DNA of 64,000 nt from Felis catus (Eukaryota), in the NCBI RefSeq assembly GCF_018350175.1, contig NC_058368.1, positions 223,574,001 through 223,638,000 of the forward strand, given 5' to 3'. Position 1 is the first letter of the stretch; each line of letters starts with the position of its first letter. This document shows, in pieces, positions 1-12,850 of this stretch. The notes under the pieces are model-generated. The model did no database searches, was not told where the DNA came from, and saw only the letters and a program-made list of their open reading frames with translations. A program made the position numbers and the translations under genes.

Positions 1-1879
1 TTATTGCTACATACTGCATGTTATAAACAACTGCAATTTGAAAAATAACCTATGTAACCCAGTGTTTTTTAACCTTTAAGAGGTACTCATTCAGGTGGCA
101 GGAAATGGATAAAACAGTCCTTTAAAACAGGTTTTTTATTTAATCTGTAAGGCAGCTCACCTTAGCCAGCAAAGCAGAACAGCTAATCTTCCCAAAGATC
201 AAAATCAGGGCTGCTTTCTAAATCAGTTTGCAGGGCATCTGCTCATTCCTGTCCATATCATCCCTTTATCAGAAAATTGCCAAGTTGAATTCACAGGTCC
301 GTGGTGTGGTACATTGTAAATACACTTTGATAACTTTCATTCATTGTTTAATGGAGCTTGACTGGGTGGAAAGGGGGAAAAAAAGATAAGGATGAATGCA
401 AGTTGATGCACTCTTTCCTCCGCCATAAACCTCTGTAGCTAGGGATGTGTGTTCTGAGCAGCCTTTTTCTCAGATTCTCTTCTTGTGGTTTCATATCAAT
501 TTGCAGTCTGTATGGTACTTGATCCTTTTTTTTTTAATTCAAGGATCCAACCCTATTTGTTCTGACTTTCAGCAAAAAACATCTGTACTATCTTCATAGT
601 GTTCAGTGTGAAAAAAGATTAATATTATTTTATTTAATAAATGATTTGAAGTGGACCGTAGAGTAAACATAAAAAAATTATAGAAGTTTTTTTTTCAAGT
701 TTAAGTTAACCCTACAAGAAAAAAGTATTAAATATGTTCAATTATAACCATACTAGGTCTATGCCAAATAATCACATTTTTGGTTGTTTAGTGGGATATG
801 TTTAGTGAATTTTTCTTTATTATTCCTTTGCCTTGCATTGACTGATAGAATAAGAATCAGAATGTTCCTTGCCATTAGATTGTAAAATTTGGGGCTCTGA
901 ACCATAAAGTGCAGCAAGGAAGACATCCCAACCTATTGCAAATGCCCATAAAGGCAAACGCATCTGCGCACTTTTTTTTTAAGAAGAAACAGATGTCTAA
1001 TTGTAATGAACTATTTCCAAAATCTGAACATTCTTTAGAGATGAGACTATCAAAAAACTCTTCCAAACTGCTATTTTTATTCTTATAAGGTGCTATCTGG
1101 AAAGTACTTCTGTTCAACCAGAAGTTAAAGAGAGGAGTCACATTTCAATCAGTTAAATCTGTCACTATATTTGAAATGACTTTTGACTGCTTTGGGACAA
1201 CTTTGTTCTTATATTCATAAATAGGCATGGCCATGAAGTGATAGCTAATAGTTGAAACTACTTTGGATGTGAATTGGCTGTTTTTTACATGCATGTTTCT
1301 ATAATATAATTTACTATGTCAGTTGGAAATTGATAATGCGTTGAAACATCCTGATGAGTTAAGCTGCTCATAACATGGACTATTGGTAAGTTACCATATA
1401 TATGGAAATTCACACACAATACACATGTAGGCTGTATAAAAATATAAATAACATAATATATAATATATATTGATATATATCACAAAATATACATGTATTT
1501 GTTATTTGAAATAAAAATTTCCCATTTATTTTTTCCCATCTTCCAGTGACAGCAAGCAAACATATAATATTTATTTGTATCAACATCTTTGAAATTATCC
1601 ACACTGAATTACTCTCTTCTGTGCAGAGAAATTTACAACAGGAAAGTTTGTACATGTGTTCTAGTGTCCACAGAATGTCTACCTTCCAGGAAAGATCTCT
1701 GACAAGGACCATAAACCATGGCATGATAAGAAAACCCAACTGAAGAAATGTTATTCAAATCCATGCCATTTTTCTTAGCTTTGGGCAAATATTATCATTT
1801 AAAATACATTTTTTCATAAGGCAAAATTTAATAATAGTATCAGTTACTATTTCAGGGATTTAGCCATGTTTTTACATGA

Positions 1880-2094
1880 TTTAAAAAAATAATGTTTATT
1901 TATTTTTGAGAGAGAGAAAGTAAGAGCAAGAGAGATAGCAGGGCAGAGAGAGAGGGAGACATAAAATCCAAAGCAAGCTCCAGGCTCTGAGCTGTCAGCA
2001 TAGAGCCCAACGTGGGGCTCGAACTCATGAACTGTGAGATCATGACCTGAGCAGAAGTCGGATGCTTAACCAACTGAGCCACACAGGTGCCCCC
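1880..2094 (-). mobile_element. Can-SINE (tRNA-derived SINEC)
   Basis: Reverse complement of the GGGGCACCTG-GTGGCTCAGTTGGTTAAG head, (GA)n and AT-rich tail. Confidence 0.9.
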
Positions 2095-2244
2095 TTTTTT
2101 TGTATGATTGAAGTGATATTTGCATATATTAAAATGCATTCAGATGTCAATTCCATTCTTATCCCCCACTGTTGCATTATAAAATCTGGATGAGAATGTA
2201 ATATAAAAATTGGACCAAGGTGAGAGCATAAGAAGTCTCTTCTC

Positions 2245-2450
2245 GGGGTGTCTGCATGGCTCAGTTGGTTAAGCGTTGGACTCTTGATCTCAGCTCAGGT
2301 CATGATCTCATGGTTTCATGAGTTTGGGCCCCACATAGAGCTCTGTGCTGACAGTGTGAGTCTGCCTGAGATTCTCTCCTCTCTCTCTGCCCCTCCCCCA
2401 ACTCACATTGTGAGTGTAACTCTCTCTTTCTCAAATAAACATTAAAAATA
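2245..2450 (+). mobile_element. Can-SINE
   Basis: ggggtgtctgcatggctcagttggttaag...ctcaggtcatgatctc...(CT)n aaataaac; flanking aagtctctt repeat. Confidence 0.9.
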
Positions 2451-3269
2451 TTTTAAATATAAGTCTCTTTTTCTTATTACAAAAAAAAGAAAAGAAAGAA
2501 AAAAGAAAATTTAAAAAAAGGAATTTTAGGATCTTCTTGAACTCTGAAGTGAATTGATACATAGAGCAACTTGGCTAAAGGCTGTTTTCAGTATCTTTCT
2601 ACCTATGATGGTTATAGAAGTCCAGAGGAAGACTATACTAGTGTGATTTAATGAAAAGTAGAAGTGCTTAATGAGAAACAATTAAAAAGTCTCGAGTATG
2701 TAGAGCTGGCCGGAAAATGATTGATGGGAATGATAACCATCTACAGTAATGCAAAATGTGTTAATATTACAGAGGGAAAAGTATTATTTTATACGTTAGA
2801 GAGAGCAATGATATGTAAAAGTAATTACTAGAAGTAATAGGATGAAATTAGGAAACGAAAATTTAAAATGAATATTGGAGTCAACTCATTGACAGTGAAC
2901 TGCATGAGGATATTGAGCAGTAATTAAAGAGAAGTAAGAAAAATCCCAGTGGCTGAGGACATTAAAATCACACGAGGATAAGGTCTTCTGGCATGGGCAG
3001 AAGAGATAGAGGAATTTGTGTGAAAAGCATTTAAGTTTCTTAGCTCTGTGTCTGTGAATTAAGGAAATTATAAAGTTCTGGTAGCTGGAATTAATGAAAT
3101 TATAATTAATGAAGTTATTCATTTTCATGTTATAAACCAATGCTCGAAAAGATGCATGAATGTATCTTCTAATTGTGGGGATATTATAGTCCACCAAAAA
3201 TCGATTCATCTTCAGTCACCGAATTGGAATATTCTGTTTCACTATTTATGTGCTAGAGATTTCAGATCA

Positions 3270-3480
3270 TCTAGCATAGCACTTAAGGGCGCAACGTATG
3301 GAGTCCCACTGCCTGAAATCAAATCCCAAGTATACCACTCATGGGTTGTTGACCTGGCAAGTTTAACTTTTCTGTGCCTTGATTTTTCTCACTTGTAAGT
3401 GGGAAACAGTTATAACTCATGGAAATGTTGTGATGGTTAAGTGAGTTAATATATGTTCATTGTTTAGGTCACACATAGGA
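3270..3480 (+). mobile_element. MIR (ancient SINE) fragment
   Basis: aaatcccaag...gacctggcaagtttaacttttctgtgccttgatttttctcacttgtaagtggg resembles the MIR core. Confidence 0.7.
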
Positions 3481-3589
3481 GTAAGCTATTCATATTTTAG
3501 AAAGAATACAGAAGTTTTCATCTTTCAAACGTAAACTGTGTAATAGCACTTTTCTGTACTCTAAATACAGCTATGTTTGAGACTGAGCA

Positions 3590-3835
3590 AGAGCTATTAA
3601 TCACCCACCATGTCCTAGGAGTTATGCCAGATACCTGAAATATGAAGATGAATTAGATAATATTCTTTCTCTTAGAGAAAATGGAGTAGATGTGAAACAT
3701 TATAATAATACAAGATGTCAAATGCTAATGGTATAGGTTTACTTAAATTGTTATGAGCTCACAGATAAGAGAGCCAATTTTTCAAAGCTGAAGGAGGGTC
3801 AGGGAAAACTTTGCATGGGAAATTACTTTTAGGCA
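3590..3835 (-). mobile_element. L2 3' end fragment
   Basis: caccatgtcctaggagttatgccagatacctgaaatatgaagatgaattagata...agggtcagggaaaactt resembles an antisense L2 tail. Confidence 0.45.
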
Positions 3836-4046
3836 TGCATAGAGCAGTATGTAGCAGAGACTAAGAGAAATAAATGTGAGTTAGTGGCTTTATATTTAAC
3901 TACATTGTCCTTTGAGCATGGAGATCACAGGCAAACAATTTTGAACTTAAAAAAAAGGGGATATTATATGGGGGAATCCATCCTCTAACCAATATAATAG
4001 TGGCGTGAGTTATCTGAAATCTATCTTTCCTAGAAAAACGAAGACA

Positions 4047-4049
4047 AAC

Positions 4050-4086
<37 letters not shown>
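4047..4086. repeat. (CAA)n microsatellite
   Basis: About 13 CAA units read directly. Confidence 0.95.
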
Positions 4087-6180
4087 AAACACCTTTATGG
4101 CCCACAGCTGCAAAGCTGAAATTTCTGAACACCAAACCTGGAGTCTCATCCTACAAGTCACTGAATTAGAGGGAATGTAAATTGATTAATTTAATTTAAT
4201 TTTGCATTTCTGAGTACCTACGGAATCCTTCTCAGTACCATTGTAGTAAAACAGAGCACATCACAAGTAGAATTACCCCAGGAATGTTTGGGTGGTTAGA
4301 AGTTAGAAAGACAGATATCTTGCATCGAATCATCTAAAATTATCTTTTGTGTATGTTATCCATTGCTGATATCCGCAATTTCATGTGATTAAAGTGCATT
4401 TAATTTTTCTTTTAAGTTGAGAATTGTCAATACCTACCCATGTTGTATTTGTGGTAATTATAGTACTGACACATACTCTATCAAAAATAATTTTAATTTA
4501 TGAAATTTGGCAACACAAATCCTTGCATTTGTTAAGTATGGGCTGATATGATAGACTGTGTTTATAATTCAGAGAGCTTGAACCAGTCAAACATGTCCAG
4601 AGCATTAAACCCAAGGTAAATTCCATAAAAATGAAAAAAAGCATTTGATCGTGTTCCTAGAATATTTCTTCCTGAACATAAGTGCTAGATTAGTAATCTC
4701 CAGTAGAATGCTTTTGTATAATTTATGCATACCTACTTCTCATATTAAACACTAAATTGATAATCCAGACTTACAGATTACTAAAAATAGAAAGTTGCAA
4801 TAAGTTTGCAATTTTGTTAAATCAAATAAACTATATTTGAATTATAAACCTCCATCCCCCACAGCAAATATCTTGCTGAGGCAAAATTTATGGAGTAGAT
4901 AATCGGTGAGCAAATTATCAAAGATTTATTTTTCAAAGAGTCTTCAGATAGCTCTAGATGGAAGATTTCTTTCCTCATTTTTTTTTCTTTAGCTTGAGTG
5001 TTTTAATTACTGTTCAGTATGAACGTTTTCAGAATACAGCCAGAAAGACCTCTAAAAGCATGGACAGTTGACATTTTAATATAGAACTGGAAAAAATATC
5101 CTTTTCTTATTCTCATGAACAGTCAGTCTCTGGCTATATAATACCCCTTATCAAGTTCATGCAGTGCCTCATGTTTATGGAGTTATTCTGTATCTGTTTT
5201 TATTTTGGTTTAAGGCAGGAAAAATGGATGTTTTGTGTTTTAAAAACTTCAGCCTGACATTTCATGTTTTTGCTTTCTGTGGTAACTCAATAGCCTGGGC
5301 AAATTTTCTTTCTTTTGACCATTTTTCCCTCCAGTATCTTCTTATCAAAATCAGGCTTTAGAAAATAGATTTCACCATTCCTGTTATACTGTTTTTGATA
5401 TACTATTTTTAAGTAAAAAAAAAAAATCTAGTAACTATGGAAAGTACAACCCACTGGCAGAGTTTTAAATAGTTTCCCAGGAACAAATGATTAGGAGGCA
5501 ATTACGGGAAAATCTGTTTAAAATGTGTGGATGATGAGTATTTGGAGTAGGAAAAATGATATTTATAATCCTAATCTAATACTTATGTACTGTTGCCATG
5601 TTAATGCAAAACAAAGAATTAACATACTTTATATATACTACTACAATCTCCAATTTAGCAGATTTTCTATATAAATGAGGTTGTTAAAATGTTGCCATTT
5701 ACATTAATTTATTTGCTTCTAAAACCCTGTCTCAATCTTAAATAATATTCTCATTCCTTAGTGACTCTAGATGGATCCCTATCCATTCATCAGCCAGTTG
5801 TGGCAAACAACTCCTACAAAATGATTGTCACTGCCTTGAGGTAGTTAAATACATGTTAGAGAATCATAAGCATGAAACCATGTGTCCACATAAACAGCCT
5901 GTACCTTAGCAGTAAGTAGACTAGTGTTAAGATAAATGACATCTAAGTTGCCAAAGGACCTGCTAAAAACAAACCAAGAGATGCCTGTCATATTAAATGC
6001 ACAGCTTGATAGTAATATTTGATAGGGTAGAGGCGGCCAGAATTACCTCTACAAATTTCATTGAGAGTCAGGAAGATGCGTAAGTCTACAACATGAATAA
6101 ATGGAGATGACTCTTACAATCCTCTGTTATAGTGGAAAAGAGATGTTAAGCATCCCCAGTAAACAAATCCTAGGGGCTTT

Positions 6181-6270
6181 GTTTTAGTTTTAGTTTTAGT
6201 TTTAGTTTTAGTTTTAGTTTTAGTTTTAGTTTTAGTTTTAGTTTTAGTTTTAGTTTTAGTTTTAGTTTTA
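6181..6270. repeat. (GTTTTA)15 hexanucleotide microsatellite
   Basis: Uninterrupted 90-bp run read directly. Confidence 0.97.
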
Positions 6271-6714
6271 ATGTCTCAAACACTGAAGTTCAAAGACAGG
6301 AGCCTTAATCATTGAAGTTTACCACATGCAGCAGGTTGACTATAATATATTCATCGATTTAAACATATTTAAAACCTGCCAAGGGTGTTGCTTTCCATGA
6401 GCAAATACCTGGATTCTGACCTCCCATGCTCCTCTGTGCCCAGCAGGGATCATATCCATCTACCCAATCCCTGATAGGTGGTAGGTGTGAGCTCTTTCTA
6501 GGATAGACCATTTAGATTCAAATGAGATGTACTGAATTAGCGAAAGACAAATTCTCATTCACTAATGTTAAGGAGATGTTAAGGAGAAAGGGATCAAGGA
6601 AGGAAAAGGGGCAATTTATTTGTAATTTAAATTCCCTCCGATAGAAATGACTCCCAATTGGTGGAGTCATAAATTGCAGAACCAATGAACACTCCTTTAA
6701 AAAATATATATCTT

Positions 6715-6924
6715 GGGGTGCCTGGGTGGCTCAGTTGGTTAAGTGCCCGACTTGGGCTCACGTCATGATCCCACGGTTCATGGGTTCAAGCCCCCGTGTT
6801 GGGCTCCATGCTGACTGCTTGGAGCCTGGATCCTTCTTCCAATTCTGTGTCTACCTCTCTCTCTCCCTTTCCCCTCTCTCTCTCTCTCTTAAAAATAAAT
6901 AAAAGATTTAAAAAAAATAAAAAA
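6715..6924 (+). mobile_element. Can-SINE
   Basis: ggggtgcctgggtggctcagttggttaag head, (CT)n, A-rich tail. Confidence 0.92.
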
Positions 6925-8005
6925 TATACAGAAATCTAAAATATACAGTATTTTATCATATATATATGTACACACACACACACATATATATATGTATATA
7001 TGATATATGGCCTACTTTTAAGCATTTGAGTCTTTAATAATTTTTTACATTTTTACTTTGTCTTATAAAAACTTGTAAACTATTGCAGTGACCCAGTCTT
7101 ATCCGTGCCCCTGAGATGTATGATAGGTTCTAGGTTCTTAATATCTCATTTGGAAATTAAATGATTGTCTTTTCCTTCTATGCAATCTTCAGTCTCTAGG
7201 AAGGCCAATTTTCCAAGGCAATTCAGAAGAGATAAGGGAAATAATCATCAGTAGGACTGATCATTGTGTTTATAAAATCCCATTAAGGACATTCTTTCTG
7301 ATCAGCTTCTCCTTGGCTCTTAGGGTAAAAGAGACTATCTGAGTTGCCCCACAGGAAATAATTGTTCTTATATACTGCCAAGAAAGAAGGCTGCACGGCT
7401 GAAGTGTCCTAGTAGAAAATCAGTGGAGAAATAGGGATGAAATTTTTTTCAGTTTCTTCCCATAGGTATTAATCAGGCAGACCAGCATCAGTGGATACTT
7501 CACCAGGCTCTAAAACGGCTGACCTCTGGATCCTTTGCACTAACATCGCTCTGAAAACTTGACACTGTTAACCTAAATCTGAGCTCATTTTAGGTCATAG
7601 AGTCTATTACGTGCATCAAGTCTAAAATTTTGCATTCAGTTATGTGGAAAAGTACTTCCTCTTAGAAATGATGCATAGCTGCTTATAGGTACTCTCATAT
7701 CTGATTTTGTATCATTATCATGTTCATAAAACTAGTATGTCTATGGAATTAAATATACAGTGATATAAATGTCGATTTACCATTTTATATCCTGTAAATA
7801 CCATATATTCCTTGGGGAAAATTCATTATTATAAGTAAATTCATGACTCTTGACCTATATTATTAATAGAAGAAATATATATATTGGCCAGATGATTTTA
7901 AAATAGAAGACGAAAAACCCTAAAAAAAACTATGAGAAAGTATTGATATGGACTCAAAGCTAAAAAAGCAAATGGTATAAACAAATAGAAAAAGATTATA
8001 ATTTT

Positions 8006-8175
8006 GGACATCTGGATGACTCAGCTAAGTGTCAGACTCACAGTTTTGTGAGTTCAAGCTGCACATTGTGTTATGCACACCGACCTCCCAGAGACTGCTT
8101 GGGATTCCCTCCCTCTCTCTCTGCTCCTCCCCTGTTCATGCTCTCTCTCTCAAAATGAATAAATAAACACAAGAA
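8006..8175 (+). mobile_element. Degraded Can-SINE with target-site duplication (TSD)
   Basis: gtgagttcaag...ctgcttgggattc...(CT)n caaaatgaataaataaac; aaaagattataatttt occurs on both sides. Confidence 0.8.
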
Positions 8176-8844
8176 AAAAGATTATAATTTTAAAAAGTAG
8201 ATCAAACATCACCATATATTAAAGAAAATGAACACAAAACAAATACATGAAGTGGTTTTACCATCAAAATATAAAATAAATATAATTAATACAATAAAAA
8301 TAAGAATCAAAAGTCTGTATTAAATATTTTACAAAGATTCTAAGGAAATATTGTTAAATGGGAAACTTAAAATTTATCATATTATAAAATAAAATACCAA
8401 GTGTAAAGCCAGCAAGGTGAAAGTAAGATGATGATAGATAAAAATCAATAATACACCATAATTTATTTAAATGCAAAACAAAACCCTATTTTTTAAAGTC
8501 AAAAAATTAGCAACAAATATTTTTTAAGATTGCTAATGCAGACTTAAGAGAAGGTAGAAGTTACTGGAGACTAAAGATGGTTTGCCTTTGGGAAATATTT
8601 TTTTGTTCCTAGTTATTATCATATTTATACCTGTGAAAAATTAAAGTTGATTCAGACTTGAGCTTTCATGATTTTTGTTTTAGATGTTATTTTGAAGATG
8701 AACTTCATAGTCTGTTGACGAATGGAAATAGATGGACTTAAATCTATCCATGTTTGTTTTAAAGAATGGGAAAAAAGGGCTTGTTTGAAATGTCATGGCA
8801 CTCATAATAGTGGAAAACTTATTTATATATATTTTTCCCAACAG

Positions 8845-9098
8845 CCACTGAACTATGAGAAAAAGAAGTCATATACTCTCACCATAGAAGGAGCAAATAC
8901 ACACCTTGATTTTCGCTTTTCTCACTTGGGTCCTTTTAAAGATGCTACCATGCTGAAGATCATCGTGGGGGATGTAGATGAACCACCACTGTTTTCCATG
9001 CCTTCTTATGTCATGGAAGTCTATGAAAACGCCAAGATCGGGACTGTTGTTGGCACAGTTTTGGCACAAGATCCTGACAGCGCCAATAGCTTAGTAAG
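8845..9098 (+). CDS. CDH18: Cadherin-18 internal coding exon (254 nt, phase 0 to 2): end of EC3 / start of EC4
   Basis: Acceptor ttttcccaacag|CCA and donor AG|gtatgg. Translates PLNYEKKKSYTLTIEGANTHLDFRFSHLGPFKDATMLKIIVGDVDEPPLFSMPSYVMEVYENAKIGTVVGTVLAQDPDSANSLVR, with cadherin LxYE, DVDEPP, VYEN and AQDPD Ca2+-binding motifs. Matches CDH18 as I recall it; 254 nt is the usual type II cadherin size for this exon. Confidence 0.95.
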
Positions 9099-9285
9099 GT
9101 ATGGGATGCTTTAATCTTTAGACATGTAAAGATCTTTATTGCCTCTTGCAGTAATTTTAAATGAATAAAAGAAATGTGAAATATTTAATTTGCATGCTAG
9201 TTTTGATTAACATAATTAAATTAATTCATTTTTTGAGTAGTGTAGCAGGTGGGTTTCTGTCAGATTTAGCTAACCGCCTTGAATG

Positions 9286-9819
9286 CAGGTAACCCTTGCA
9301 CAACATGGCCTTGAAGCGCGGAGGTCCACTTGTACGTAGATTTATTATTATTATTTTTTGATAATAGTATTGCAAATGTATTTTCCCTTCCTTATGGTTT
9401 TCTTTATTTTGTAGTTTATTTATTTATTTTGAGGGGGGAGGGGCAGAGCAAGGAAGAGACAGAATCCTAAGCATGTGACAGCACAGAGCCCAACATGGGG
9501 CTTGAACTCATGAACTACGAGATCATAACCTGAGCCAAGATCAAGAGTCAGTTGCTTAACGAACTGAACCACTCAGGTGCCCCATTCCTTACCAGTTTCT
9601 TAATAATAAATTCTTTTCCCTAGTTACTTTATTGTAAGAATACAGTATCTAGTACATATAACATGAAATATATGTTAATTGACTATGTTATTGGTAAGGT
9701 TTTCAGTCAACAGTAGGCTTAGTATTTAAGTTTTTGGGTAGCCAAAGGTTATATGTGGATTCTCAATTGTGTTGTAGAGGTGTTGACCTCTAAATCCTGC
9801 ATTTGTCAAGGGTCAGTTG
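9286..9819 (+). mobile_element. Tigger2a-type (TcMar-Tigger) non-autonomous DNA transposon, interrupted by a SINE
   Basis: Left end caggtaacccttgcacaacatgg...ggtccactt and right end tcaagggtcagttg match the Tigger2 TIR (CAGTTGACCCTTGAACAA). Internal ttactttattgtaagaatacagta and gtcaacagtaggct match Tigger2a as recalled. Confidence 0.85.
9404..9583 (-). mobile_element. Can-SINE nested in Tigger2a
   Basis: gagatcataacctgagccaagatcaagagt...caggtgcccc; degenerate TSD ttcctta..gtttct. Confidence 0.88.
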
Positions 9820-9989
9820 TTTATTGTTCACCACATAGATCACATTTGCCATTTGACTTGATAGATATGAGCACAATTGAATGGAAAAGCTATGTAGAAA
9901 TCTTGAACTACAAACTAGAGAATCTTGTGTCCTGAGCGATAGGAAATACAGCTACAGTACAAAGCAAGTATTTGGGAATAATATTCACC

Positions 9990-10160
9990 TCTGACTCCTG
10001 TTTCTGTCACAAGAGTTGTGGGCATATAGGAAATGTTCTACCCTTATCTGTAAAACAAAATTAACATCTATATTTTGGGATTATTGTAAGAATTCGTGAA
10101 GCAATGCACATGAAATGCTAAACAGAGTCACTTGCACCTAACAGTCACTCAAAAAATGCT
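9990..10160 (+). mobile_element. MIR fragment
   Basis: ttatctgtaaaac...ttattgtaagaatt...tgaaatgctaaacagag...cactcaaaaaatg resembles the MIR 3' half. Confidence 0.55.
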
Positions 10161-10208
10161 TATTTGTCTAAGGCAGCATAGAGTGCTACTTAGAGAAGTA
10201 CTTACTTC

Positions 10209-10247
10209 TTTTTTTTTAGTGTTTATTTTTGAGAGAGATAGCATGTG

Positions 10248-10299
<52 letters not shown>

Positions 10300-10459
10300 T
10301 GGGGGAGGGGCAGAGACAGAGGGAGACACAGAATCTAAAGCAGTCTCTAGGCTCTGAGCTGTCAGCATAGAGTCTGACACAGGGCTGGAACTTACAAACT
10401 GTGAGATCATGACCTGAGCTGAAGTTGGACATTCAACCGACTGAGCCCCCTAGGGGCCC
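10209..10459 (-). mobile_element. Can-SINE with internal (CA)n
   Basis: Antisense SINE body; (CA) run of about 21 units at 10254-10296; TSD gagaagtactta. Confidence 0.92.
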
Positions 10460-10736
10460 TGAGAAGTACTTAGCTCTTAAAGACAGGAAGACCGGGGTGG
10501 GAATTCTGACATCTTAGTAGCTGTGTAATCTTCTACTCATTCAACCTTGCTGAATCTCAAATAGATCAGCAAAGAATAATAATGTTGTTTAAATATGTTG
10601 ATAGAATTAAGTTAAATTATTATAAAATCCTTAGCACAGTCAGGAAGTGCTCACTAATTTTTTTTATTGTAAGATGTCATGCAGTAGTGATCATTAAAGC
10701 TCTCCTTGCATGCTCAAAAAGATGTTTTCTTTTTCT

Positions 10737-10939
10737 TAAAAAAAAATAATGTTTTTATTTTTGAGAGAGAGAGACAGAGCATGAGTCGGGGAGGGGCAGA
10801 GAGAGAAGGAGACAGAATCCGAAACAGGCTCCAGGCTCTGTCAGTACAGAGCCCTACACGGATCTCCAACTCATGAACCGCGAGATCATGACCTGAGCCA
10901 AAGTTGGACACTTAACCGACTGAGCCACCCAGGCGCCCC
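10737..10939 (-). mobile_element. Can-SINE
   Basis: Ends ...tgagccacccaggcgcccc (reverse-complement head). Confidence 0.93.
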
Positions 10940-11034
10940 TTTTTTCTTTTATTTTCTTTCTTTCTTCCTTTCGTTCTTTTCTTTTCTTTTCTTTTCTTTT
11001 CTTTTCTTTTCTTTTCTTTTCTTTTCTTTTCTTT

Positions 11035-11097
<63 letters not shown>

Positions 11098-11109
11098 TTC
11101 TTTCTTTTT
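10940..11109. repeat. Compound (TTTTC)n(CT)n polypyrimidine tract
   Basis: About 170 nt, almost entirely pyrimidine, read directly. Confidence 0.95.
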
Positions 11110-12082
11110 ATCTCAATTTTGATAAAATCAAGAGGTTAGATGCATGGACAAGACTCTTTAGTTACCTTGTATTTATACCTTGCATAATCCTAAAAACCTA
11201 GAAAGTTTGAAATCTTTAACAAATCAGTCTACTTTCTCCCATCAAGTTTTTATTCTTAGTCTCTTTATTTATTATCTTTTTGAACAGAAGCTATTATAGT
11301 ACATGTTCTCCTTGATATCTATGTAATGTTTATAAAGGATTTAAATTTCCTTTTTCATAAGCATTATTATTTCAGTTTTAAAAAGAAATGCCCACAGCAC
11401 CCATGCATGGGCAGAAACAATTCTCTGTGCCCTAATGTGTATATTCAACACTCCTGTTCCATTTGTGAGTACGGAAACACCTTGTCAATGGACAACCCCT
11501 CTGTCACACTGACATCAAGAGCTGGGCATTGCTTGCATTTGCAGGATAGGCAAAGTATATAAAATAATATGCATAAACCCAATTATAATAATTGATAACT
11601 GATTAAGGGATGAAAATATGAGTCAATATGTTTAGCTGTCAAATGAGAGGAAAGACCACTATGCTTCATTATTCCATAAAATCCCATATTCCAAAAACAT
11701 TTTTGACACTTAAATAAAGAGTAAAATTATTCTTACTACATTAAAAACTTAGAGCATTGGAAAAGACATTTTTAAATGTGTCCATCCTTTACCAAAAGAA
11801 GACAACACAGTTTGAGAATAAAAACATTTGATGTTCTTAGTTTGATGTGAAAATATTTGGTAAACAATTGGTAAGAGTTTCTTTTGAAAATTAGATATTA
11901 ATGACATATTCTGTAATTTATATTTACAAAACAATCAAATTTTCAAAACATTATGAGTAGAATATATGTTCAAAAAGGTATACAGAAGGGAGGAAAAACT
12001 TGAGGTTCAGAGACAAACTTCTCTCAGTGTTGTTCTTTCTGTACTGACGTTCACACAAAAAACCCACTCATTCCATATAGAA

Positions 12083-12295
12083 CAGTGGTTCTCATCTAAG
12101 GACAACGCACACACACGCACACCAGGAGATATTTGGCAATATCTCAAGACATGCTTGGTTGTCACAGCTGGGGGAGGAATACTATCATCTGTCACTAGAG
12201 GTCAGGGCTGGTGTTGGAACATCCTAAAGTTCACAAGAGAGTCCCCACCAGAGAGGAGTTGCTGTTCCAAACTATCAGTAATTCTGAAGATGACA
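12083..12295 (+). mobile_element. MER20 (hAT-Charlie) DNA transposon
   Basis: cagtggttctca...atttggcaatatctcaagacatgcttggttgtcacagctggggg...tagaggtcaggg...aacatccta follows the MER20 consensus as recalled. Confidence 0.8.
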
Positions 12296-12378
12296 TAGAA
12301 TAAGCCAAACTGGGTTGTGCATTGGTAAAACTGGAGGACATATTGGGTCACCTGGATGGTAAAACTGGAGGACAAATT

Positions 12379-12590
12379 GGGTCACCTGGATGGTGCAGTC
12401 AGTTAAGCATCTGACTTCGGCTCAGGTCATGATTTTGCAGTTCATGGGTTTGAGCCCCACATTGGGCTCAACGCTTGACAGCTTGGAGCCTGCAGCCTGC
12501 TTCAGATTCTGTGTCTCCCTCTCTCTCTGCCCCTACCCTGCTCACATTCTATCTCTCTCTCTCTTTCTCTCTCAAAAAATAAATATATAT
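12379..12590 (+). mobile_element. Can-SINE (first of tandem pair)
   Basis: cagtcagttaagcatctgacttcggctcaggtcatg...(CT)n caaaaaataaat. Confidence 0.9.
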
Positions 12591-12616
12591 ATTTTCATTT
12601 TAAATGGAGGACTAAA

Positions 12617-12850
12617 GGGGTGTCTGGGTGGCTTTGTCGGGTAAGTGTCTGGCTTCGGCTCAGGTCATGATCTCGCAGTTCGAGAGTTCAAGCCCTGCGT
12701 GGGGCTCTGAGCTGACAGTTCACAACCTGGAGCTGCTTTGGATTCTGTGTCTCCTTCTCTCTCTGCCGCTCTCTGGCTCATGCCCTGTCTCTGTCTCTGT
12801 CTCTCTCTCTCCAAAATGAATAAATGTTAAAAATAAAAATAAAAATAAAG
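12617..12850 (+). mobile_element. Can-SINE (second of tandem pair)
   Basis: ggggtgtctgggtggc...gagttcaagccc...A-rich tail. Confidence 0.9.

Noticed and set aside
1..8844. Search for the preceding CDH18 exon or a nested gene/promoter
   Set aside because: No cadherin-like exon, CpG island or credible nested gene seen; the upstream exon appears to lie outside the window, and I also did not find the exon following 58888.
9092..9104. Alternative donor GTAAGG 5 nt upstream of the true donor
   Set aside because: Its use would break the frame; the downstream AG|GTATGG gives the expected 254-nt exon in frame with the next exon.
8722..9114. 130-aa ORF as a standalone gene
   Set aside because: Only 8845-9098 is cadherin coding and bounded by splice sites; the rest is intronic read-through.
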